Source of the DNA: an uncultured delta proteobacterium | GTDB taxonomy: Bacteria; Desulfobacterota; Syntrophorhabdia; Syntrophorhabdales; WCHB1-27 | Assembly (NCBI GenBank): GCA_963810935.1 | Contig: CAWEPK010000010.1 | Span: 160,001-224,000 of the forward strand | Reading direction: 5' to 3' | DNA: 64,000 bases | Part shown: one piece after another, positions 37,982-48,298 of the stretch | Layout: every line of letters begins with the position of its first letter | How positions within the stretch are numbered: position 1 is the stretch's first letter | The notes under the pieces: generated by a model | What the model was told of the DNA's origin: nothing | Database searches by the model: none | Seen by the model: only the letters and a program-made list of their open reading frames with translations | Made by a program: the position numbers and the translations under genes

Positions 37982-39196
37982 ATGTGCGCAAAAACTACCG
38001 AGATACCGCTTTCCGCGCCCGACATCACGCAAGCGGAGATCGCCCTCGTCTGCTCGGTCCTGAAGACGTCTCACCTGAGTCTCGGACCGAAGCTGCCGGA
38101 GTTCGAAGAGGCATTCGCCCGCTACATCGGGACCAAGTTTGCAGTGGCGGTGAATAGCGGGACTTCCGGCCTGCACCTGTGCGTCAGGAGCCTGGGCATA
38201 GGTCCCGGCGACGCGGTGATCACGACGCCTTTCAGCTTCATCGCATCGGCCAACTGCCTCATCTTCGAGCGCGCCGTCCCCGTCTTTATAGACATAGACG
38301 AACGGACGCTCAATATCGACCCTGCGAGGATCGCCGCATACCTCAGGAAAGAATGCCGTAAAGGCCGGACGGGTTTTCCGGTAGATAAGAAATCGGGAAA
38401 GACGGTCCGCGCCATATTGCCCGTGCATGTCTACGGGAACCCCTGCGATATGGACGCCATAAAGGAGATCGCAACGGAGCACCGCCTCGCAGTCATAGAA
38501 GATGCATGTGAGGCCATAGGGGCCGAATTGAACGGCGTCAGAGCGGGCGCCCTCGGAAACGCCGGGGTCTTCGGCTTCTATCCGAACAAGCAGATGACAA
38601 CGGGGGAAGGCGGCATGATAGTCACCGACGATGAGAAGACGGCCCGGCTTTGCAGACAGCTTCGGAACCAGGGACGCGCAACCGGCAACGGATGGCTGGA
38701 ACACGACATGGTCGGTTATAACTACCGGCTGAGCGAGCTGTCGTGCGCCCTGGGGCTTGCACAGCTCGAAAGGATCGATGAGATACTCGCGAAACGGGCG
38801 CGCGTCGCGGCGCTTTATACGGGCCTGCTGGATGCATCGGTCGCTATCCCGTCATTACAGACCGGCGCAAAGAGGAGCTGGTTCGTCTACGTGGTCCTCC
38901 TTTCCGGAGACTATTCCGGCAGCCACAGGGACTCGCTGCTGGCGCAATTGGCCGAGAAGCGGATCGGGTGCAGCAATTATTTCCCGCCCATCCACCTGCA
39001 GCCCTTCTACAAAAAGAGTTTCGGGTACAGGGAGGGCGATTTCCCCATCACGGAAAGCGTCTCGCGCAGGACCGTTGCCCTGCCTTTTCACAACAACCTG
39101 AGCAAGGAGGAGGTGTCCCGCGTCGTTGCAACGTTCGAGGGGCTCCTATCTTGTATGGCCCCCGGCAATGCCGCATCGACGGCAGGCATCGCTTAA
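37982..39196 (+). CDS. DegT/DnrJ/EryC1/StrS sugar aminotransferase
   Basis: NSGTSGLH, FSFIASAN, EDACEA, FGFYPNKQMTTGEGG, GYNYR. Confidence 0.95.
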   Translation: MCAKTTEIPLSAPDITQAEIALVCSVLKTSHLSLGPKLPEFEEAFARYIGTKFAVAVNSGTSGLHLCVRSLGIGPGDAVITTPFSFIASANCLIFERAVPVFIDIDERTLNIDPARIAAYLRKECRKGRTGFPVDKKSGKTVRAILPVHVYGNPCDMDAIKEIATEHRLAVIEDACEAIGAELNGVRAGALGNAGVFGFYPNKQMTTGEGGMIVTDDEKTARLCRQLRNQGRATGNGWLEHDMVGYNYRLSELSCALGLAQLERIDEILAKRARVAALYTGLLDASVAIPSLQTGAKRSWFVYVVLLSGDYSGSHRDSLLAQLAEKRIGCSNYFPPIHLQPFYKKSFGYREGDFPITESVSRRTVALPFHNNLSKEEVSRVVATFEGLLSCMAPGNAASTAGIA

Positions 39197-39199
39197 CCC

Positions 39200-40426
39200 A
39201 TGCGCACGTTCCATCCCGGAAAATCTATCGTCGCACTGACGCTCTTCCTTGTTGCGGCTGCGCCGGTCTTTGCGTCCCGGGCGCTCCCCGCTTCTTCAGA
39301 GGTGAGAGAACAGGTAATTTTCGATGTCCGCGATGCGAAAACCGAACATCCGATTTCGTATATCGCCTTCCTCGGGGACTATGGCCTGACCAGGAGGCAG
39401 TACGATGCCATGGACGGACAAAGCAGGCATGATCTCAACACCATGCTCGCTTACCTCGGCCGCAAGGGCGATATCATAGTGAACTTCGAGTTCCTGCCGC
39501 CAACGTCCGACATTTTTTCCATCGATTTTCTCCGCGACAACCACGTGACAGGGGCAATCGTATCGAATAATCACGCCTGTGACGGCGGCGCGCCGGCACT
39601 GCAAGACAGCGCAAGGCAATTATCACAGAAGAGGGTCGAGCCTTTCGGCACGCTCGATATGCCCTCCTTAAGCCTTACGCGGAACGGGTCGAAGTACGCC
39701 GTCTATGCGCTCACGGAGGCGCTCGATATCTCCTGCAAGGGCGTCAATACGGCAAAGGCGCGGGACCACAGGTCGGAGATAGGCAGCCTCGCCCGCTCCC
39801 GCACGGTGATAGTCTATGCCCACGACCCCGGCCCGTCTTTTTACGTGACCGACTATGAGGAGAAGACGGCGCGGCGCTACCTGGACATGGGGGCAAGCGT
39901 CGTCGTAATCGACGGCAGCCACAACATGAAGGGCGCCAGGCGGTACGGCAGCGCCATCGGCCTGTTCGGCCTTGGCAATTTCCTTCTGACGTACAGGGAC
40001 CCGGACGATTACCTGAGCGTGGCCGCCATCGTCGGCTTCGACGGGGGAAAGCCCGTCTACCTGGGCATAATCCCGTTCTACGACAAGCGGGGGGCCGTCT
40101 TCCGCCTGCTCCACGGCAAGCAGCTCGATGCGGCCACAAGCCTCTACCGGGAGCGCGGGTTGCCGGCGGGCGGGCGGGCCTACAGCGACACCTCCACGAT
40201 CAAGCTCGTGCGCAGCTCGGTCGTCAGCCTGCTGCACGGCAGGAACATCGAGCGGATCAAGTGGAAGCACATCTCAATCTTCTTGAACTTCCTCTACCAC
40301 AACTACTTCTGGTCCTGTTGCTTACTCGCGGCCTTTCTCACCCTCTCTCTGGTCCAGGGCGGAAGGGTCGTCAGAAAGACGGTTCGAAGACGTTGCGCCG
40401 CCGCATCGACAAAAATTCACCTGTAA
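39200..40426 (+). CDS. CapA/PGA_cap-like metallophosphoesterase-fold protein, signal peptide and C-terminal TM
   Basis: Degenerate CapA motifs FLGD, VNFE, SNNH, GA..V..GSH, FGLGNF. Confidence 0.6.
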   Translation: MRTFHPGKSIVALTLFLVAAAPVFASRALPASSEVREQVIFDVRDAKTEHPISYIAFLGDYGLTRRQYDAMDGQSRHDLNTMLAYLGRKGDIIVNFEFLPPTSDIFSIDFLRDNHVTGAIVSNNHACDGGAPALQDSARQLSQKRVEPFGTLDMPSLSLTRNGSKYAVYALTEALDISCKGVNTAKARDHRSEIGSLARSRTVIVYAHDPGPSFYVTDYEEKTARRYLDMGASVVVIDGSHNMKGARRYGSAIGLFGLGNFLLTYRDPDDYLSVAAIVGFDGGKPVYLGIIPFYDKRGAVFRLLHGKQLDAATSLYRERGLPAGGRAYSDTSTIKLVRSSVVSLLHGRNIERIKWKHISIFLNFLYHNYFWSCCLLAAFLTLSLVQGGRVVRKTVRRRCAAASTKIHL

Positions 40427-40444
40427 CCTGTTCCGGGCAACCCG

Positions 40445-42106
40445 ATGAACTATACCTCGATTAACTTCTGGGTCCTTTTTCTGGGCGTGATCTGCGTCTA
40501 CTGGCGACTCTCGCACAGGCAGCAGAACAGGCTGCTTCTGGTCGTCAGCTACGTTTTTTACGGCCTCTGGGACTATCGCTTTCTTTTCCTCATACTTACA
40601 TCTACGCTGATCGACTACATAGGCGGCCTGGGGCTTTTTGGCACAAGGCTGCCCCGGAGAAAACTGCTGGGCCTCGGAGCGCTTTTCATCGGCAGCGCCT
40701 TCCTCCTCTGCAGTCATATAGATTACGGCCTGCTCCGCTCGCTCGTTCTGAAAGGCAATCTACTGACCGGACTGTCGATGTCCCTGCCCCATACTCTCGG
40801 AGACTTCAAGGTCCCTATCGCCGCCGGCTTATCGTGCCTCGGCTATGTCATTGCGCTGCCCAGGCTCTACAGCCTTGGCCCGAAGGCACGCCGCATCGCG
40901 TTTTTGACGATAAGCATGGTGGGCAACCTGGGCATCCTCTGCTTCTTTAAATACCATGATTTCTTCATGGGCAGCCTGAAAGACCTCTTCGTCTCCCTAG
41001 GTCTCGGCGACCCGGGCTTCGTCGTGCTCCGCCTCATCCTCCCTGCGGGGATCAGCTTCTACACGTTCCAGGCGATGAGTTATACCATCGACATCTACAG
41101 GGGTCGCGTCGAGCCGACTAACAACTTTTCCGACTTCGCACTGTTCGTCTGCTTCTTCCCCCACCTGATCGCCGGCCCTATCATGCGCGCCCATACGCTC
41201 CTGCCGCAGGTCACCGGGAAGCGCTCCCCCGCCCCTGGCGCCTTCGTGGAAGGCCTTCAGCTCGTCCTCCTGGGGCTCTTCAAAAAACTCGTCATAGCGG
41301 ACAACATGGCGCCACTCGTGAACGCGGTTTTCCTCCCCTTCCAGGACGGGACGGCGGCGACCGCGAACGGCCTGGAGATCATGATGGGCGTCTACGCCTT
41401 CGCGTTCCAGATATACGGGGACTTTGCAGGGTACTCGGCCGTCGCAAGGGGCATATCGAAATGGCTCGGCTTCGAGTTGGTCGTCAATTTCGACCATCCC
41501 TATCTTTCGACGAGCCCTCGCGAGCTGTGGCGGCGCTGGCATATCAGCCTTTCGAGCTGGCTCCGGGACTACCTCTATATCCCCCTCGGCGGCAACAGGG
41601 GAAGCAGCGCAAGGACGCTCGGGAACCAGATGCTGACGATGGGTCTCGGCGGTTTGTGGCACGGGGCCAATTGGACCTTTATCCTCTGGGGCCTTTACCA
41701 CGGGGCTATCCTGGCGGTCGCGCGCTTCTTCAAGGTGCGGGACCTCAACTTCTCCGGACCGATAAAGGAAAGGCTCGCTTTCATTCTCCGCGTCTTTGTC
41801 ATGTTCAATCTGACCTGCCTGGGATGGCTCTTCTTCAGGGCGGACAGCCTCGCTACGATAGGCAGGATGCTGCGCGCCGCGACGAGCCTCCATGCGAGTG
41901 TCCTGGCCGTGGCAGCGGGCGCAACCATCCTTTTTTACTGCGGCCCGTTGTTCCTTATAGAGGTTTGGACCGGGGGTGAGAAGCGGCTCGGGAGAATATC
42001 AGGGTCCCACTGGGCGTTCCAGAGCGCCCTTTATTGCTACCTTTTATTCATGCTCGTCATCTTCAGGGCGGACCAGATCCACGAGTTCATTTACTTCCAA
42101 TTCTGA
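40445..42106 (+). CDS. MBOAT O-acyltransferase (AlgI/PatA-like)
   Basis: LPAGISFYTFQ.MSY.IDIYRG, FFPHLIAGPI, GLFKK.VIAD, FQIYGDF.GY, WRRWHISLSSWLRDYLYIPLGG, GLWHGA. Confidence 0.95.
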   Translation: MNYTSINFWVLFLGVICVYWRLSHRQQNRLLLVVSYVFYGLWDYRFLFLILTSTLIDYIGGLGLFGTRLPRRKLLGLGALFIGSAFLLCSHIDYGLLRSLVLKGNLLTGLSMSLPHTLGDFKVPIAAGLSCLGYVIALPRLYSLGPKARRIAFLTISMVGNLGILCFFKYHDFFMGSLKDLFVSLGLGDPGFVVLRLILPAGISFYTFQAMSYTIDIYRGRVEPTNNFSDFALFVCFFPHLIAGPIMRAHTLLPQVTGKRSPAPGAFVEGLQLVLLGLFKKLVIADNMAPLVNAVFLPFQDGTAATANGLEIMMGVYAFAFQIYGDFAGYSAVARGISKWLGFELVVNFDHPYLSTSPRELWRRWHISLSSWLRDYLYIPLGGNRGSSARTLGNQMLTMGLGGLWHGANWTFILWGLYHGAILAVARFFKVRDLNFSGPIKERLAFILRVFVMFNLTCLGWLFFRADSLATIGRMLRAATSLHASVLAVAAGATILFYCGPLFLIEVWTGGEKRLGRISGSHWAFQSALYCYLLFMLVIFRADQIHEFIYFQF

Positions 42107-43089
42107 TGCGACCGATCAAACGCAATCTTTTGGTGATTGCCGGCGTATGCGTCTTCTTCGCTATGCTGGAGATTGTCGTCAATTTCGTGCTCATCAGGGC
42201 CTCCAAGGACCTCGGACGTTTCGACGGTTATCCGAAAGAGGTCAGCGCATTTTATGCACGGGGCGGCACAGGCGTCCTTTGCATCGGCAACTCCACTACC
42301 TGGTGCGCCGTAGATCCGAAGCAAATGGAGGACTCGCTGCGCGCACGCGGGGTGCGGGACGCCAGCGTAGCCGTCTTCACCATCGACGCATCGGGCATCA
42401 CAACCTGGTACTACTTCCTTAAGAACTTCCTGGTCGGTAATGGCCGGTCGCCCCGCCTGATCGTCCTTAACTACAATTACACGAACCTAGAAAGCGACAT
42501 AAACCTCCAGGTCGGCCGGCTTGCCCAATACTTCGCCGCCAGGTCTGACTGGCGAGGCGTCTTCGCTGACGAGCTGTCGTCGGGCGGAGACAGGTTCGAG
42601 TTCGCGCTCTCGCTTTTCTGGAAGACCTTCGCCTTCAGATCGAGACTCCGGGGCAGGCTGCTCGACCTTATGGTCTACCATTACCGCGACCTGGAAGAGC
42701 ACCTCTACAGGACGGCCGTCGCCCACGCCGGCCTAAAAGGTACGCCCGCTCAGGCCAACTACTGGCGCCTTGAGCGCTTCCTGAAGCTGGTCAAGCGGTC
42801 AGGCGCGTCCCTGATGGTCGTCGCGTTTCCCATAAGGCCCATAGACGGTAAACCCGGCTTCGATATAGACCCGGACGCGGCCAGGTTAATCGAGTCTTAC
42901 GGCTTCATCTTCAAAGACATGCGGCTTGTGGACGGCCTGCAGCCGGCCATGTACCGCGACGAGCTGCACATGACCGACGACGGCAAGAAAATTTATACGA
43001 AGGTCCTTTCGGACATGGTGCTCAAGGAGATGAAGCATCCGGGCCGGCTCATGTATGCATCGTCGCATCAGAAAAAACTGGAGCAGTGA
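42106..43089 (+). CDS. SGNH-like O-acyltransferase partner (AlgJ/DltD-like)
   Basis: N-terminal TM anchor, IGNS nucleophile motif, D.LH..DDG; ATG overlaps the MBOAT stop. Confidence 0.7.
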   Translation: MRPIKRNLLVIAGVCVFFAMLEIVVNFVLIRASKDLGRFDGYPKEVSAFYARGGTGVLCIGNSTTWCAVDPKQMEDSLRARGVRDASVAVFTIDASGITTWYYFLKNFLVGNGRSPRLIVLNYNYTNLESDINLQVGRLAQYFAARSDWRGVFADELSSGGDRFEFALSLFWKTFAFRSRLRGRLLDLMVYHYRDLEEHLYRTAVAHAGLKGTPAQANYWRLERFLKLVKRSGASLMVVAFPIRPIDGKPGFDIDPDAARLIESYGFIFKDMRLVDGLQPAMYRDELHMTDDGKKIYTKVLSDMVLKEMKHPGRLMYASSHQKKLEQ

Positions 43090-43090
43090 T

Positions 43091-44563
43091 ATGTCGATTA
43101 CGCGCTTGGAGGGCTGGATACGGCAAAGGCTTCCGGGCTTGCAGCCGCTTTATGACATCGCCCCGTATCCGGTCAAGAACGTGCTCACCTCGGCAAGGGG
43201 ATGCGTGCTGGCCCGCATGCGATACAGCAGGCCGTTCTGGCAATGCCTGGATGATCTGCTCGAAAGGGAGACATGGCCGGCAGCGGATATAGAAGAGTAC
43301 AGGGACGCCGCCCTGTGCCGCCTCGTCTCTTACGCTTACGACCACGTGCCTTACTACAGGCGCTCCTTTGCCGCAAGCCGCCTCCACCCGTCAGACATAA
43401 AGACGGCAGCGGACCTGCCCCTTCTGCCCGTCCTCGACCGGGAGATCGTCCGTGACTCATGGCGCGACTTCGTCTCCGACACAGCCGGACGGGGCCTTAT
43501 CAGGGTGTTCACGAGCGGTACAACGGGCGCGGGCCTCCCCGTCGTGTACGACCGCGACGCCTACATCAAGAACTGGGCGTTCCGGGCAAGGCAAAAGACA
43601 TGGGCTGGCATAGGCGTGCGCGAATGGCGGATAAGCCTATTCGGCAGCAGGGTCGCGCCCCTCGGCCGGACCTGCCCTCCTTTCTGGGCTTACAACTACC
43701 TCGAAAAACAGATACTCCTGAGCATCTATCACATATCGGCGGGCAGCAGGGAGCACTATGTCGATTTCTTCGCCTCTCACCGGGGCCTTATTCTGGAGGG
43801 CTTTCCGAGCGTCCTTTCGATCCTCGCCGGCTTCATAGAGGAGGACAAGGGTCAAACAGATATGAGGGCGGTCTTCACCGACGGAGAGCCCCTCGAGCAA
43901 GCCGCACGCCGCAGGCTGACATCCGCCTTCTCCTGCCCGGTTTACGATTCTTACGGCATGACGGAGTGGGTGGGATTGATCCAGGAATGCGAAAAAGGCG
44001 GATACCATATGATCTCCGACTACGGCGTCCTTGAAGTCCTCGACGAAGCCGGGAACTCGTTGCCGCCGGGCGTGGAGGGCTACCTCGTCTGGACGGGCTT
44101 CACGAACAGGGCGATGCCGCTGATACGGTACCGCATAGGGGACAAGGGCATGTGGGACAAAGAAGAGCGCTGCGCATGCGGAAGACCCTTCCCCCTCGTG
44201 CATCCGACGATCACGCGGGAGAGCGATTACCTCACGGCGCCTGACGGCAGGATCCTCTCGCCCCGCATCATAAGCCCGCTCGCGAGAGACAAGACATCGT
44301 TCGGGTCGTGCCAGTTTGTGCAGCAGGCGAAAGACAGCGTCGAGATACTCGTAGTGCCGAAAGACGGCCAAGCGGCCGGACAGGCGGAAGACGTGAAATC
44401 AAAGCTCCAGAAGATCATGGGCAGGGAGGCATCGGTCAGCGTCCGGTTCGCGGACAGGCCTGCCCAGCGCGCAAACGGCAAGATACCCCTGATTTTCTCC
44501 TGCCCGCAGTCGGGCGACGCCGGCCGCTGTGCAGGGACTAAAAGCACCGGAGGGTTTCCATGA
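43091..44563 (+). CDS. CapK/phenylacetate-CoA-ligase-like adenylate-forming enzyme
   Basis: HVPYY, TSGTTG, YGMTE, AMPLIRYRIGD, C.CGR.FP, NGK. Confidence 0.88.
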   Translation: MSITRLEGWIRQRLPGLQPLYDIAPYPVKNVLTSARGCVLARMRYSRPFWQCLDDLLERETWPAADIEEYRDAALCRLVSYAYDHVPYYRRSFAASRLHPSDIKTAADLPLLPVLDREIVRDSWRDFVSDTAGRGLIRVFTSGTTGAGLPVVYDRDAYIKNWAFRARQKTWAGIGVREWRISLFGSRVAPLGRTCPPFWAYNYLEKQILLSIYHISAGSREHYVDFFASHRGLILEGFPSVLSILAGFIEEDKGQTDMRAVFTDGEPLEQAARRRLTSAFSCPVYDSYGMTEWVGLIQECEKGGYHMISDYGVLEVLDEAGNSLPPGVEGYLVWTGFTNRAMPLIRYRIGDKGMWDKEERCACGRPFPLVHPTITRESDYLTAPDGRILSPRIISPLARDKTSFGSCQFVQQAKDSVEILVVPKDGQAAGQAEDVKSKLQKIMGREASVSVRFADRPAQRANGKIPLIFSCPQSGDAGRCAGTKSTGGFP

Positions 44564-45378
44564 ACCTTGAAGAATATTGCCTCTTCCTGACTAACCTCGA
44601 AAAAAGGCTCAAGTGGGTGGGAGATGTTCCCTTCGGCGCTTTCCGCCCCTTCTTTTACGCCTCGCTCCCACGCTTCGCCACTTATGAAGACATAGACCTG
44701 AAAAGGGCGGCGCGCATGTTATGGGAGGGTGCGCTGGGGGTTGCTTACCCGTGCAGGGAAGGCAACCGGGTAGTGACGTTCCTCAAAGCGTACAAGGGCG
44801 AATACGACCTGAAAGACCTTCATTCCAGCAAACGGAACCAGACCCGGCGCGGCATCGAGAACTGCGAGGTAAAAAGGATCGATTGGGAGCAAATGAGGAC
44901 GTGCGGCCTCGATATCAACAGGTCAGCCCTCAAGCGGCAGGGCAGGAAAAGCAGCGGTCTGAACAGCGCAAAATGGTGGGACAGGCAGTGCCGCGTCTCG
45001 TCGAAGTTCCAGGACGTGCTCGCCTGGGGCTGTTTCGTCGAGAATGATCTGACGGGTTATGTCCACGTGATGCTCCACGACGGCATCCCCGAGGACGGCC
45101 AGACCGCAAGGGTCGCCAGCGTCGCACACTTCATGACCGATTCCCGCCACCTGCGAAGCTATCCGAACGAGGCGTTGATCTTTACCGTAACGAAGTCGCT
45201 CCTTGAAGAGCACGGCTGCTCCTGGGTGCTTCTCGGGACGTCGTCGGACGACCCCCAGCTTTCCATGTGGAAGCGACACATGGGGTTCAAGGAGGACAAA
45301 GTGCCTTTCATAATCATGATAAACCCGCTTCTTCGCATGGCGAGGCCATTCTCGTCGAAGCTCCGCGCCTATGTCTGA
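44560..45378 (+). CDS. Hypothetical protein, GNAT/FemAB-like fold
   Basis: KRNQTRRG, YPNEAL.F, L..WK..MGF pattern; translational coupling. Confidence 0.6.
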   Translation: MNLEEYCLFLTNLEKRLKWVGDVPFGAFRPFFYASLPRFATYEDIDLKRAARMLWEGALGVAYPCREGNRVVTFLKAYKGEYDLKDLHSSKRNQTRRGIENCEVKRIDWEQMRTCGLDINRSALKRQGRKSSGLNSAKWWDRQCRVSSKFQDVLAWGCFVENDLTGYVHVMLHDGIPEDGQTARVASVAHFMTDSRHLRSYPNEALIFTVTKSLLEEHGCSWVLLGTSSDDPQLSMWKRHMGFKEDKVPFIIMINPLLRMARPFSSKLRAYV

Positions 45379-46264
45379 AACACCAAAAGAGACCGCCTGC
45401 CCGGAGCCGCCCAGGCTGATTATCAACGCCGATGGGTTCGGCTTTGCGCCGGGGATCAACCGGGCAATCCGCCTCGTGGCCGGGGCAGGCTCGATTTCGA
45501 GCATAAGCGTGACGCCGAATTTTCCCGCATTCACGGAGCTTATCGATTTTTGCCGCCAGTTCCCCAAGATATCGGTCGGCGTCCATCTCAACCCGGTCGT
45601 CGGACGACCGATGTCCGCCTGCGCCTCCGTGCCGACTCTGGTCAACCGGGACGGTTTCTTCTGGTATAGGGATTTTCCCCGGAGGCTGGTCTGCGGCCTT
45701 ATCGACGAAAAGGAGCTTTTCAACGAGCTGCTCGCGCAGATCGAGGCGGTGCTGGCGATGGGTATCACGGTTACGCACCTCGACAGCCATCAGAACCTGC
45801 ACCTGCTGCCCCGTTTCTTCTCTGTCTTTCTCCGTCTCGCGAAGGAAGTGGGCATCAGGCGCATGAGGTGCCACCGCCACTATATCTGCGTGCAGCGCCC
45901 GCGGACCGGGGCGACCGCCCTCGGCTTTTACACCGCCAGGCCGCGGACCGGCGTCGTCCACCTCTACTCCCGGTTCCTCATGAGCATGGCGGAAAAGAAA
46001 GGCATGAAGATGGCGGACAGGCTTCTCTCGCCAATGCCCGGGAACGGCAAAGACCGTCTCGAGTTCTGGCACGCGGCGTTTTCCAGCCTGCCCGGCGGGA
46101 CGAGCGAAGTATACTGCCACCCCGCCTTCCCCGACGACACGCTGAGACAATGGGCAAAGTATGTCGATCCGCGCCAGACGGAGACGTATCTGCTTTTGTC
46201 GAGCGAGTTCGCCGCCCTCCGGACGCAAAGCAACGCCCTTCTCATAGGCTTCAATGACCTCTAA
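45371..46264 (+). CDS. ChbG/YdjC/HpnK carbohydrate deacetylase
   Basis: LIINADGFG, GVHLN, THLDSHQ.LH, E.YCHP. Confidence 0.9.
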   Translation: MSETPKETACPEPPRLIINADGFGFAPGINRAIRLVAGAGSISSISVTPNFPAFTELIDFCRQFPKISVGVHLNPVVGRPMSACASVPTLVNRDGFFWYRDFPRRLVCGLIDEKELFNELLAQIEAVLAMGITVTHLDSHQNLHLLPRFFSVFLRLAKEVGIRRMRCHRHYICVQRPRTGATALGFYTARPRTGVVHLYSRFLMSMAEKKGMKMADRLLSPMPGNGKDRLEFWHAAFSSLPGGTSEVYCHPAFPDDTLRQWAKYVDPRQTETYLLLSSEFAALRTQSNALLIGFNDL

Positions 46265-47420
46265 TCTCTTATCAGGCATCAAGGTGCTTATCGTGACGAG
46301 CAGCCACGAGGCCACCGACCACAGGATACGCGACAAAGAGGCCGCAAGCCTCGCCGCCGCGGGCGCCTCCGTCACGATAATCGGCGCCCATTCGTACGGC
46401 GGGGAGGCAGGCGACGGGATAAAGATCGTCAGAGCGCCGAAGGCGACCGCGCGCCTGGAACGTTTTCTCAGGCAGCCATGGAGATGCGGTGCACTGGCGT
46501 CGACGCTTCCGGCGGACATAATCCACCTGCACGACCCGGAGCTGCTGCAGATCGTCCCCTGGCTTCGGCTGAGGCACCGGGGCGCGCGGATCATTTACGA
46601 CGTCCACGAGGATTTTCCCGAATTGGTCCGCATACGCGATTACCTGCCAGGCTTTTGCCGCGTGTTGATGCCGCGGGCGGTCGACCTGGTCGAAAAGAAC
46701 CTCGCCAGGTCCGTCGACGCAGTAATCGCCGTCACGCCCCATCTTGCGGTCCGCTTCAAGAACCGCTGTCGGGAGGCCCTTTACAATTTTCCGTCCCGCC
46801 GCTTTTACGAACGCGCCTTCAAGTTCGCCGGTCCGCCCTCGGGAAGGCAGTACGATCTGGTCCACCTCGGCACGCTGTCTGCCGCCCGCGCCCGCTTCCT
46901 TGCACAGACGCTCGCCATAGTCCATGCCGAAAGGCCGTCTTTCAAGGCGCTCGTCACCGGCGCTCACGCGCATACCGTAGAACAGTTGAAAGCGCTCGAC
47001 ATCCCGGGCTGCACCATCGAAGGCGTCATACCTTACGACCTTGTGCCCCTGCGGCTCGGGAGCGCGCGGATCGGCCTCGACGTCCATCCGTTCCCGACTG
47101 CCAACCTCCAGGCCGCGCTGCCCGTGAAGGTCTTCGAATACATGGCGTCCGGCTGCGCGGTGGTCACATCGGCAATGCCCGTCCTTTCAGACCTTATGGC
47201 CGGGGACGGCAGGCTCAGCAGAGACGTGGGCGTAATATGCGGCGGCGAGCCGCGTGACTACGCTGCTTCGATACTCGGCCTGATAGAAAGGATCGACCGT
47301 GGAGAGAAAGTAGGCGAGCGGACAAGGGCCGCCGCGAGCGGCGCCTACGTCTGGGAAAACGAGGCGGAAAAGATGATCGGTCTTTACCTGAGGCTACTTT
47401 CATGCAGAAACCCCAACTGA
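46254..47420 (+). CDS. Glycosyltransferase family 4
   Basis: D.RI..KE, HLHDPEL, IYDVHE, PVKVFEYMASG, Y.W. Confidence 0.9.
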   Translation: MTSNLLSGIKVLIVTSSHEATDHRIRDKEAASLAAAGASVTIIGAHSYGGEAGDGIKIVRAPKATARLERFLRQPWRCGALASTLPADIIHLHDPELLQIVPWLRLRHRGARIIYDVHEDFPELVRIRDYLPGFCRVLMPRAVDLVEKNLARSVDAVIAVTPHLAVRFKNRCREALYNFPSRRFYERAFKFAGPPSGRQYDLVHLGTLSAARARFLAQTLAIVHAERPSFKALVTGAHAHTVEQLKALDIPGCTIEGVIPYDLVPLRLGSARIGLDVHPFPTANLQAALPVKVFEYMASGCAVVTSAMPVLSDLMAGDGRLSRDVGVICGGEPRDYAASILGLIERIDRGEKVGERTRAAASGAYVWENEAEKMIGLYLRLLSCRNPN

Positions 47421-48298
47421 TTATAAACGGCGACGGTTACGGCCTCACGGCCGGGACCAACAGGGGGATAGAGGAGTGCGTCCGCTTCGGCACCATCAAA
47501 AGCGTGAGCGTCAACGTCAACTTCCCCCGCGCGGAAGAGCTGGCGGGACTTAAAGAGAAATACCCGTGGCTCGGCATAGGGTGCCACCTCAACCCCGTAG
47601 TGGGACGCCCCGTACTCGCCCCGGAGAAAGTGCGCACGTTGATAAACAAGGACGGCGAATTCTGGTACAGAGAGTTCGACTGGAAGCTCGCTTCCGGCAG
47701 CATCGACCCCGGGGAGTTAAAGGCGGAGCTTTTCGCCCAGATCGACCGCTGCAGGGAGCTTGCGGGTGCAGCCTTCACGCACATTGATTGCCATATGGCG
47801 AAGCACAGGCTGCCCCGTTTCTATCCCGTCTTCCTCGAGGCATGTATGTACAGCGGGGTCGGGCGGGCGCGGGTCCACAGGTACCATTTGATCGACACGC
47901 GCCACGGCCGCCTCATTACCGGCCTGCGCTATTACATGCGCCATCCCCATCGCCTGGGCGTCCGCGCCTGGAACTTCCGGCTTCGAAAGCAGGCACGGAA
48001 GGCGGGCCTGGCACTTGCGGACTGGAGCGTGGCCCTGGCAGGCGCAAACGGAGACAGCATCTCCCCGGCCGTCTGGACGAGCCTGGTTGCCCGGCTGCGG
48101 CCGGGCTTCACCGAGTTCGTCGTTCACCCCGGCTATGGGGATGAAGAATTGTCTCGCATTTCGAGGTACGTGAGCGAGCGCGACGCCGAGCGGAAGATAC
48201 TGACGTCGGAAAGCTTCAAGCGGGCGCTTCTTTCACACGTCCGCCTCGCTTCTTATAACGACATGCCGCGACAGGCAGCAAAAGGGGGAGGAACGTGA
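47402..48298 (+). CDS. ChbG/YdjC/HpnK carbohydrate deacetylase (paralog of 45371)
   Basis: LIINGDGYG, GCHLNPVVGRP, THIDCH, EFVVHPGY. Confidence 0.9.
   Translation: MQKPQLIINGDGYGLTAGTNRGIEECVRFGTIKSVSVNVNFPRAEELAGLKEKYPWLGIGCHLNPVVGRPVLAPEKVRTLINKDGEFWYREFDWKLASGSIDPGELKAELFAQIDRCRELAGAAFTHIDCHMAKHRLPRFYPVFLEACMYSGVGRARVHRYHLIDTRHGRLITGLRYYMRHPHRLGVRAWNFRLRKQARKAGLALADWSVALAGANGDSISPAVWTSLVARLRPGFTEFVVHPGYGDEELSRISRYVSERDAERKILTSESFKRALLSHVRLASYNDMPRQAAKGGGT

Noticed and set aside
45314..46594. 426-aa minus-strand ORF
   Set aside because: Antisense to the well-supported YdjC and GT4 genes; no motifs.
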